This document shows, piece after piece, positions 53,007 through 62,344 of a DNA stretch of 64,000 bases (the stretch's first letter is position 1; every line of letters begins with the position of its first letter). Source of the DNA: Hormiphora californensis. Lineage: Eukaryota; Animalia; Ctenophora. The DNA is taken from contig CM035356.1 of the NCBI GenBank assembly GCA_020137815.1, forward strand, positions 5,890,001-5,954,000, in the 5' to 3' direction. The notes under the pieces are model-generated. The model saw only the letters and a program-made list of their open reading frames with translations, had not been told where the DNA came from and did no database searches. The translations under genes were made by a program, and so were the position numbers.

Positions 53007-53880
53007 GGGGGGGGGGGGTTCAACCTAAAAATTTCCATTTCCATTTGCCAAAATCCGGGTATCGATGGAAATTTTTAGAATTTTTTAGAAATTTTTAGAA
53101 GTTTTTAGTACTAAAAATTTCCAAAAATTTCTAAAAATTTCCAAAAATTTCCAAAAATTTCCAAAAATTTCCATTGACCAAGAAAAGAAAAACTAACAAA
53201 AACATGAAAATATACAAACACCGTTGTCGCAGAACTGGTTACTTTTCCTTACCTCTTGTGAGCACTGAGCATCAATAAATCATTTAATAATAGGTCAAAA
53301 ACATCGAGATCATATATTTTTTGGCAATCCGTACAATTTCTTCAGAAATCATAGATTCATTGGCCAACTAAGGCCAACTAAGGGCGTCTCGAAAACTTAT
53401 TGAAAAGTAAGTTACCAAATAGCACAAGATACCTTACATTCCTTCGGACGGAATGCCTAATACCGTAGTAGATCGGGTTTCTTAGCATACAAAATAGAAA
53501 CTTTAAACTCTTTTTTAAGCTAGATCACTGTAGATCATGGATGTAGCTTGTATAACTATCTTACTGTCGAAAACATGCAAAGATTACCTGTCATTAGCTT
53601 ACAATTGGGTTACCGAAAAACTTCTAAAAACTTCTAAAAACTTCTAAAAATTTCTAAAAATTTCTAAAAATTTCTAAAAATTTCCATTTACTAAAAACTT
53701 CCAAAAATTTCCATCGTCCATAAATTTCTAAAAATTTCTAAAAATTTCTAAAAATTTCCAAAAAATTCTAAAAATTTCCAAAAATTTCTAAAAATTTCTA
53801 AAAATTTCCAATATAAAATTTCCATTTGCCAAAAAAGTGGGTATCAATGGAAATTTTTAGGGTTGAACCCCCCCCCCCCC
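53007..53880. mobile_element. Poly-G/poly-C-ended foldback MITE with 10-bp internal repeats (AAAAATTTCY)
   Basis: G12-TTCAACC...GGTTGAA-C13; CAGTCCT duplicated at 53000-53006 and 53881-53887. Confidence 0.8.
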
Positions 53881-53908
53881 CAGTCCTATTGATTTTGTTT
53901 TCCTCTTA

Positions 53909-54790
53909 TTGCCCATTGTAGTCTTACAACAACCCCCCCCCCCACCCGTATCTATGCCCCCCTCTCACTCTTTGTCTCTCCATGTCGGGGTAAAGAATAC
54001 GGAGGTTGGAATAGTGGTAGAGCGCTGGTGATAAACATCAAGGGAAATCCCGCTGAATAACATGTAGAATCAGGCGATAAAGATCCGTAGAATTGTAGCT
54101 GTGTAGAGAATCAACGGGGTACGTAGGTAGAAAGGCTTTGGTAATCATGGGGGTCCCAGCAGTAGATCCCAAAACACCAACAAACAACAGCCACAGGAAC
54201 ACGCAACAAACAACCAATAACATGCACGTGCAGTATCCCCCCTCCAATACCCCTCCCAACCCACCTCCCAGGGCAACCCCCACCATTTGCACGTGTGGAT
54301 AGGTCACCATCCTCATCACGACGTTCATTTGTACTTTATAATAAGGACTAGAAAGCCCATTGAGATCCCACAACACCCCCCCCCCCCCCCGTCTCTATGT
54401 CTCTCCCCCTCTTACTCTTTGTCTCTCCATGTCGGGGTAAAGAATACGGAGGTTGGTAGAGTGGTAGAGCGCTGGTGATAAACATCAAGTAAAATTCCGC
54501 TGAATAACATGTAGAATCAGGTGATAAAGATCCGTAGAATTGTAGCTGTGTGTAGAGAATCAACGGGGTACGTAGGTAGAAAGGCTTTGGCAATCATGGC
54601 AGCTCCAGTAGTAGATCCCAAAACACCACAGGAACAACACAGGAACACGAAACAAACAAACAATAGAATGCACGTGCAGTATCCCCCTCCAATACCCCTC
54701 CCAAGCCACCTCCCTTGGCAACCCCCCACCATTTGCACGTGATGATAGGTCATACTCATCACGCCACGCATTTGTACTTTATAATAAGGA
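53909..54790 (-). mobile_element. Tandem dimer of type-B non-autonomous Helitron
   Basis: Reverse-complement homolog of 49370-49867; A|TC start, internal CTAG|TC junction at 54347/54348; removal between A and T restores LINE frame GRLLNKRKTKSIGLRAD. Confidence 0.8.
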
Positions 54791-56599
54791 TTAAGCAGGC
54801 GACCACTAAGATAGTCGGGTGCAAGTCCGTTTAAGCATTTGAATACCAGAACACAGGTTTTATACTCAATTCGCTCAGAGACCGGGAGGAAATGAAGCTC
54901 CTTCCGTAGCTGGGTCGTACCTCGCCAACGCCTCTGGCCATAGATGAAACGTGATGCGGCATTTTGGATCTTTTGAAGCTCTTGTCGGTTCTTCTTTGTC
55001 ATTCCGGTCATCAGGGAGTTACAGTAATCCATTTTGGAGTGGATCAAGCCGCAGACTAGTAATGTTCTTAGTCTTCGCGACAACTTCCCGGCGATTCTCC
55101 ATAAATTAACCAGAGTGGACTTACATGCATTGACCACCTTCAACACATGTTCATCCATGGAGAGTTTAGAGTCAAAGTACACCCCCAGATTCCTTGCCGA
55201 GTTCGTGACCACAGTGGGTGTGCCCTCTTTGAACAGCTGTACTGAGTCTACAGAGGTACTTCCTCTGGGAGATAGGATCATAACTTCAGTCTTTGTAGGG
55301 TTCAGTTGGAGAAAATTAGTCGTGAGCCAGGCCTGTATATCCGAAACGCAGGCCTGTAACTTCTGTTCAATATCAGAGAAGTCATCCGCTGAATATGCAG
55401 CGTACACCTGGGTATCATCTGCGTAAAAATGAATACCTACTCCGTGTTTCTCAGCAATTAGTTCCAGCTCCTTCGTGTAGCATATGAACAGAATAGGACC
55501 CAGAATCTATCCCTGAGGCACTCCAATAGTCAAATCAGTAAAAGCCGATTTCAACTCACCCACCATCACAGAAGCACCCCTACCCGTAAGGTAACTCCGG
55601 AACCAGTCAAGAGAGGTATCACTGACACCATATAGCTGCTCCAATCGTTTGAGGAGTGTCGAGTGGTTCACCGTATCGAAAGCCGCACTCAAGTCTAATA
55701 ACAGGAGCACCACCTTCGATCTTTCGTCCGTCAGTGTTAGCAAATCGTCAAATATGCGTAGGGTGGCAGTTTCACAGCTTTTATGCTGTCTATATGCAGA
55801 TTGATGTCTCGATAGAAGGTTGTTATCCTCTAGATGCTTGACGAACTGATCAGCTGCACACTTTTCAATGAGCTTGCCAAGGAATGGTAGGTTGCTGACA
55901 GGTCTGTAGTTACCCAGATCATCGGCGTCAAGATCTGACTTCTTAATCAAAGGACGAATAAGAGCAGTTTTCAAAGCAGTAGGGAATTTACCAGATAATA
56001 GGCTGTCGTTCACTATCTTAGATAGGACCGGGAGCCTCCCGGCGGGAGGAGTTCTCCAAATAATCGTCTGACAAAAGAAGTGGGTATAGGATCCAGCTCG
56101 CAATGTTTCGTGCCCATCTCCATAATGGTCGATCTTAAGACTGTATCAGACACCGGTTGAAATTTGAATGATGGCACTCGCGGTGCATTTGGAGATTGAG
56201 TTAGGTAGTACACCTACTTACGTTTCCGTTCTCCTGTTCTTGTTGAGATTCGGGATGAGAGTGTCTTCAAGACTTTGTGAAATTCATTAGCTATCCCACC
56301 CGCTGTATTCATGACCAATGGAGAAAATGTCCCTCCTTCAACTTCTCGAACCCGTTTACCGTATGATTGCAACGTTTTTAAAGCATTTTTTATTGGCCTA
56401 TGCTACAGGCCCGTAAGAAGAAGCCTAGCCATGGAAAACGTGCGCACTTGGGGTCTGCAGCGCATGCCAACATTTTTAAAAATGAAGGAAACAAAATTGG
56501 AAATCCCAAACCTGCAGGTAAAGTTTTTGGGGGGGGGGGGTAAAAGTTAAAAATTATACATAAAAATGAGTTTACATGTTCTGTAGTAATAAATAAGTT

Positions 56600-57162
56600 A
56601 AAAATTATCGGTGTTAAACCTCGTCATGTATAATAAATTATAATCAGTTTCTTCTGTTACTCTCGTTACTTTCGTCCCACGAAAACCTCGGCGGCTAACA
56701 ATAATAGTTTTTAGGAGACTGAATGAGAGGCGTTGACGAATGTAACGGATTGAATCACTATAGGACTGTTTAGTTTTCAGAGAAATCAATCTCGCAACCT
56801 GGGCATAAAACTGATAGGGATGCGTTGCTCGGTGCCAGCGAGTTAAAGACCCGGATGTCACACAATGACTTCACATTGGGGGACCAGACTCCTGTCGCAC
56901 CAACATCCAGTCGGGCATCGTTCGCTGTGATTGCCGACTTGTATTGGAATACTTCCCCTGTGAGTGGTAACAGAGGGGGCTCTATCTGGATATTCTTGCA
57001 TCTCGTCATTTTAAGGAAGTTGGCAGTTAGATCACGAATATAATTATGTCGTAGATAGACGTATCCCCCCAGTGGACAGGACAGACAATGCTCTATATCG
57101 TTAATATGTCCACATGCACAGTTCATAGGTATTCCTTTCATGGGTAGAAGATACCTCAGGGC
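56600..57162 (-). mobile_element. CRE-like non-LTR retrotransposon 3' fragment (CCHC + restriction-like endonuclease)
   Basis: LRYLLP...CACG...IEHCLSCPLGG...RHNYIRD...EPPLLPL...DARLDVGATGVW...DIRVFN; frameshifted downstream. Confidence 0.75.
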
Positions 57163-57167
57163 TAACC

Positions 57168-57577
57168 TGAATTTTCTGCTTGTATTCCTGCAACCCTGGT
57201 GATACTTCATCCTCCGGCAACTCTCCATCATAGAAATAAAGGACATCATCTTCGAATGCTGGAAAAGTAAAAGTGAATACAGTCAGACCTCGATTTACCG
57301 GGATGAAAAACTTCCCCCGATATAAGAAATTGGCAGTATCTGACCCTGATACACCCCGATATACCGGGCAAAACCCTTTCCCCCGAGCATTTTCATTTAA
57401 CAATTCATTCACGAAGTGGAGAATGATAGTTGAAAATGGTACCTTCGCTACGGAAAAGGGTGGGGAAGTACAACTGTTGTAATTCTGGACAGTCACCCCG
57501 TAGATCATCCATCATCTCCTCGATCATTTCAAAAACCTTCCAAAAACGGTACACAGCCATACGATAGACATTTCGAT
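57168..57577 (-). pseudogene. Heme oxygenase-like copy 3 remnant (exons 2-3 only)
   Basis: Matches copies 1 and 2; exon 1 is deleted at a junction near 57615 and the 3' exons are replaced by the CRE-like fragment. Confidence 0.8.
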
Positions 57578-57720
57578 CTGAAATTGAGGGAGATCCAGAG
57601 AAAAGAGATGGAGAAATGACAGTTTTGATAATTAGTTTATAAATTTTAAAAATTATAGAAAATGTCTTTCCACTCAATTTCAAATTCTATCATCCTCTTG
57701 ACTTCTAATAGTCTCGCGTT

Positions 57721-59432
57721 TCAAAGTACCCTCTTAGTTTGAGAAAATGGTTTCTTGGTTGAACAGGGCCAGTTTGAATCCTCGGCATTCAACCAGTGGT
57801 TCCTTGCCATTGTAGCCAAGGTCCCATCGTTTACCAGCGCTTCCTTTAGGTTTTCTGTTTTCACTGATTTCATGAAATTACACGCATACTCAGGGCCGAT
57901 GCACTGACTCAGAGCCTCCGATAGAAAGGCCATGGTTTCCTTATCGTAGAGAGAAAAGTTGAAATTCTCCAAGATGTAATCTCGAAGTGGGAGTGAGTGA
58001 CCGAGGTCCAGAAATGTGATTAGATTTTGCACGAACGTAGAGTGTAGCTCAAATTGAACAGCCAGTGCCATTAACAAATCCATTTCGGGACGTTTTGAAG
58101 TGACTGCTAACAATCGGGATATCTTGAATTGAAAGGCGGTTTTGTTTTCTGGAACACTCGAGAAAATTATATGTGTTAAGAACTTATCATCGCCAAACTT
58201 AACCGAGCAATCCAAGGCCAGCAGGGCACATTCCCAGTAACCAGTGAATTCATCCAATGATTTAGGAAGTTGTTGTTTGAAGAAAACAAGACATCCCTCC
58301 TTGGCCCAGTCAACTTTAAACACAGCCACCATCTTGAGAAAATCACCGAATACCTTGAACTCGGTGGAGTCAACCAGCTTGTCAAGCCTCCCTGTGTAAC
58401 AAGCATCAACGAATATTCGGACGGATTCAGGTTCAAAATCAGAAACATCATGATCTAGCTCCCCCACTTCCTCAATTAGATTCTTCAAGACAGGAGAGTT
58501 ACGGGACAGAACATAGGAGTTCAGAGAGATGTTAGTGCTATCGCTCAGAACAAAGCTGTTGTTTCCATGGGCAGGGAGGGACAGATACTCTTTACCAAAG
58601 TCTATCCCGGCTGGTTTTTCAATGGCCGGCGAATTCACGGAGGCTAGGTTAGTTCCCGAATTTGTCGCTGCTGGTTCTCGTTCGCAGGGAGAGCTGTGAA
58701 TGTGGTCTATAATGATAAAAGTTACCAAAACAGATGCTTCGCCTCCAACGCTATTTTTCGGTAGTTTGAAATCAATATACTCTCCCAGGAGTTTACATTG
58801 CTTCAGAGTTGGGTTCTGTCTCACCAGTATTAACACAGATTCATCCAAATTCTCTATCATGCCTGTTTCTGGGCTATAACCGTTCACTTTAAACTTCAAG
58901 TGTCGAGGTCCACGCCTTTTCACTTCGACTTTCCAGCTTTTCCCGAATTTTTCAAGGAATATTTCATTTAAAGCAGGCACACCAGTGAGGTTTATGGTTC
59001 GGCTGAAAACAACCGTGCTTTTCTCGTCCTGCACAATCTGTTGAACAGGTACCTCGCCCAAGTTACATTGAGTGATGTCAGCAGATACGGTTATCTTTAT
59101 TTCATTTTCCCCGCTATCCTTCATGAAGTTCTCCCAACCGCATCCATATCCAGATCCGTCGTATTTGTGGCCATTATAGGTGTATTGTTTACTCCTCTTG
59201 GTGATACCATGTTCCAGCGAAAAGTCTGTACTGCAACTCCAATTCTTATTAGCGTTAACAGGTCTAATTTGAAGACAAGCTTTGAGAAAGTCTTTACCAC
59301 GAGTTTTAATAACACTTACGCCCCAAATGAATCCGTGAAACAGCCGCCAATCGCTGGCAAATTGCTCATGATCTTGAAGCTGTCTGTTGCGTGGTATAGA
59401 GATTAAAAACTCAGCGGAAAACTGTTTGCCAT
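57721..59432 (-). CDS. Intronless MATH-like + BTB protein, copy 3 (1-nt deletion just after the ATG)
   Basis: The frame is open back to QFSAEFLISIPRN; ATGGCAAACAG versus ATGGCAAAACAG in copy 1. Confidence 0.75.
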
Positions 59433-59643
59433 GTTCGTTCCTTTAGGGGAGTTAATGATAAGTTAGTAATACTAATTTAGTATCTATGTTATTATATAGT
59501 GTGTAGAAAGGTAAACTTAATAATATAAACAAGGGTAAGAAAATATAAACTTTGAATTAATCGAGTCCTCGAGGGTGGAACTGAAGTGTTTTCTCTCGCT
59601 TCTTACACTGAATTACAGCTGCCACATTACAATTTACAGAATA

Positions 59644-59835
59644 GGGATCCCTAATAAAGTTGTGACGTTTCACCAAACATGTGGTTCCCGTGGCAGCGCG
59701 GGGCTTCAAAATGCGTGATTGTAACTTGTCACCGCATGGTTTGCGCCGCGTTTTGGTATGCGCACACACGGTGACAAGTCACAACCGCGCCTCCGCAAGA
59801 CTACAGTGACAAGTCACAACTTTATTAGGGATCCC
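59644..59835. mobile_element. MITE with GGGATCCCTAATAAAGTTGTGAC TIRs
   Basis: 23-bp perfect inverted termini. Confidence 0.7.
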
Positions 59836-60379
59836 CATGCCACGTCTTCTGTTGGAGCCAAAGCTGCCACGTTGTGCTCATCAATCCCAATAAATAATAA
59901 TAATAAGAATTACCTTGGCATGCGCTGCAGACCCCTAGGGCCTAATGCGCACGTTTTTGACGGCTTTGTAACTTTGTAATTTTTTTTCTTCCAATATTGG
60001 ATCCGGCAGCGTAGCCCAACTGCCAAAGAATTGCTGTATGGTGAAACCAGTTACCAGGTTACAATATGTATCAAGAAAACTACAAAACTTGTAATTTATG
60101 TATTTAATATATCACTCAATAGTGAAAATTTGCACTGATCGAACAAAAAAAGATTTTGCAGTTCACAATTCACGAGTTATGGAATGAAATTCAAGTGGAC
60201 GATAACTCGAACTCATTTCTGGGTCTGGTGATTTCAGATTTTCTGCCCGCCCCGCTATTCGGGGTGGCGTGATCTAAGTACACCTACTTACGTTTTTGCA
60301 ACGTGTTTGCAGTATTTAAAAAAGATGAATATAAATACGTGTAGACATTTAACAATGATAAAAACTGTAATAAATTAAA

Positions 60380-60852
60380 TATAAAATGAGTCTATTGCCC
60401 CACTTGATATAGCTGCTCGTCCCTGTTGCCCTCGCCCCTCAATCTACCCCGATGCCCCCTGATGGAAACAGTTATTGATCGCACCATGGCGAAAGATAGT
60501 CTGAGTCAAAGATAACGGATGCATTGGTCGTAGGTGTATCCCGTTTTCTTAGCTTTCTTATCGGCTAGCTGTTTCAGTGTCTTTTTGAATTCCCGACCGA
60601 GACCCCCCGTCGTGGACATTACCAGAGGTGTAAATGACGATTTTTCCACTTCAATGACCCGATGAAGGTAGCCAGTCTTTTTCTCCCTCTCATGTTTTTC
60701 ATACACTTTAGAGATTGCCTGGTTAGAGTTGGATGCCACCCTAGGATTAAATACCCTCACATCAAAATAGGTGTTATCCATGCTAGACCAGAAATCACGT
60801 GTACTGATATCTAGGCGAGCTCCATCCGCCGTAATAGTTCCCTCTGGGAGAC
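60380..60852 (-). mobile_element. Second, divergent CRE-like 3' fragment (restriction-like endonuclease)
   Basis: GARLDISTRDFW...YFDVRVFNP...YEKHEREKKTGY...IEVEKSSFTPLVMSTTGGLG. Confidence 0.75.
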
Positions 60853-61022
60853 TCATCATCATCATCATCAATTAACATTTAATATACCGCTTTATAGCAT
60901 ATTGGTAAGATATCACTTAAAAAAGAAAAAACTTAACGGATACCTTCCTGCTTTCAAAAGCGGTTTTACTCTATTTGATCAATAAATTAGAGTCCATGAG
61001 CTAGTAGTGTTTATACAAATGT

Positions 61023-62015
61023 TCAAGTGTCCCTTGGTGCTTCTAACACCCTCTTTCCACGGATTATGAAGTGGGTTCCAGGGGACTGCTTTACCTTCTC
61101 CTTCAGTTCAACAACAAGCTTTTTCCGTTCATTCCGTTCTTCTACTGTTCTATCAGGAGATATAAAGACTTTGCCAAACTTGTCGTTCCCTTTCAGCAGG
61201 GATTTCTTCGACAGGATTGAAAGTTGAGCTTCTCTGCTCCTCAGCACAACTTTCACAGGTCTTGCCGATGAGGACTGCTTTCCCAAGCGCTCGGCAGATT
61301 GCACTTTCGGAGCCTCTTCAAGCTCACCAAAAAGAGACTTGATTTGAGTTTCAAGCTTATCACCATTTACATTGTCTTTCAACTCTTCCAATCCATGGAT
61401 GATGATGTTACACCCACGGTCCTCCGATGCTGCCACGATTGCCGATTGAATCTTCTTTGGAGCCAGGGCCGAGGCACACTCCTTCTCCAAAACGGCTGCA
61501 AAGCTCTTCATTTCCTGTTGTGCTGTTGACTGCACAGCTGTTATCTCAACCTCCCTCTTCTCAAGTAATTGCCTCTGGATTTTTAGGAGCTCCTCTTGTG
61601 CAGCTACTAGATTTCTTTGGGTTTTTATGAGCTCTGTACTGTGTATTTTGAGCTCTTTCTCCAGCTGGTTTATCCTCAAGGTTTCGCAACCAACTGCTAA
61701 CAACTCTTCAGTAACTGGGAAGGTCTGTTCCATAAGAATACGGCATGCATCCTCCACAAGGTCTAAAAGCACTGGCTTGGTCAGTGCATTGAGTTTGGTC
61801 CTGGAGGGGACCTTCAGATCATTCCAAACTTCCGCTGTCTGTGGTCCGTACTGCTGCACTCTGTTCGGGTTTATTTCACCGAACCCACCGGTTAGGGTTA
61901 ATACCTCGCTTACCCACTCCACGGTTTGTTCTTGACAGTATCGGACGTGTTCTTCTTCCACATCTGTTTCCCGCAGGTAGGTCCGTGTATCAAGTTCATC
62001 ATCAGAGCTTTCCAT
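61023..62015 (-). CDS. LINE ORF1p-like protein (coiled coil + RRM-like + C-terminal domain), 330 aa
   Basis: Heptad region followed by DRGCNIIIHGLEE...AERLGK...RPVKVVL...VFISPDRTVEERNERKKL...FIIRG. Confidence 0.8.
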   Translation of the reverse strand: MESSDDELDTRTYLRETDVEEEHVRYCQEQTVEWVSEVLTLTGGFGEINPNRVQQYGPQTAEVWNDLKVPSRTKLNALTKPVLLDLVEDACRILMEQTFPVTEELLAVGCETLRINQLEKELKIHSTELIKTQRNLVAAQEELLKIQRQLLEKREVEITAVQSTAQQEMKSFAAVLEKECASALAPKKIQSAIVAASEDRGCNIIIHGLEELKDNVNGDKLETQIKSLFGELEEAPKVQSAERLGKQSSSARPVKVVLRSREAQLSILSKKSLLKGNDKFGKVFISPDRTVEERNERKKLVVELKEKVKQSPGTHFIIRGKRVLEAPRDT

Positions 62016-62059
62016 CTTCTTGCTGCCCTCTTGGGCTCTTACATAGACATTTGCTGAAA

Positions 62060-62103
62060 CTCAAATTAATTTGTTTAAAGTAGTGTTGAAAAGTTTGAAA
62101 CTC
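62060..62103 (-). other. Spliced-leader exon sequence, genomic copy 2 (44 nt)
   Basis: GAGTTTCAAACTTTTCAACACTACTTTAAACAAATTAATTTGAG on the minus strand. Confidence 0.85.
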
Positions 62104-62271
62104 ATTCCTCGTACATTTAGCAAATGGGGTTTTTAAAAAATGAAGGAAAGAAAATCTGTTTATGAGGCCCCTCGGAAATGTTCAAGTCATGCACAATCAA
62201 GTCACGCCCACCAATCACAGCTCAGAACGCGCGAAGCAGTCCGCGCGTTCTGAGCTGTGATTGGTGGGCGT

Positions 62272-62315
62272 GAGTTTCAAACTTTTCAACACTACTTTAA
62301 ACAAATTAATTTGAG
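62272..62315 (+). other. Spliced-leader exon sequence, genomic copy 3 (44 nt)
   Basis: Identical to copy 2. Confidence 0.85.
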
Positions 62316-62344
62316 CAGGTAGATATGGTGATGTGATAGCCCCT

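Larger units (their letters stand above)
48891..56206 (-). mobile_element. 5'-truncated L2-like LINE (RT region, long 3' UTR, (TTGTTA)n tail) carrying nested insertions
   Basis: RT motifs NYRPVSNLPFLGKLIE, LLDLSAAFDTVNH, GVPQG*ILGP (premature stop), YADD (~55413-55424), LQKIQNAASR, RAFSVSGPRLWNKLP; AGTA on both flanks; empty site gatctaagta|cacctacttacg at 60271-60292. Confidence 0.85.
60853..62103 (-). mobile_element. SL-headed ORF1-only retroelement A (1.25 kb, (TGA)n tail)
   Basis: SL 62060-62103, 44-nt leader, intronless ORF, 3' UTR with an L2-like end, (TGA)6 tail at 60853-60870; no TSD found. Confidence 0.75.

Noticed and set aside
56770-57249. 159-aa HO-CRE fusion ORF
   Set aside because: The HO-derived part is out of the HO frame, the junction is in an intron and HO exon 1 is deleted.
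60506-60871. ORF starting with a poly-Met run
   Set aside because: The ATG run is the (TGA)n tail of element A read into a CRE-like fragment.
62060-62315. SL copies as genuine SL RNA genes
   Set aside because: None is followed by a shared donor, intron and Sm-site sequence; the three downstream sequences differ and lead straight into ORFs.
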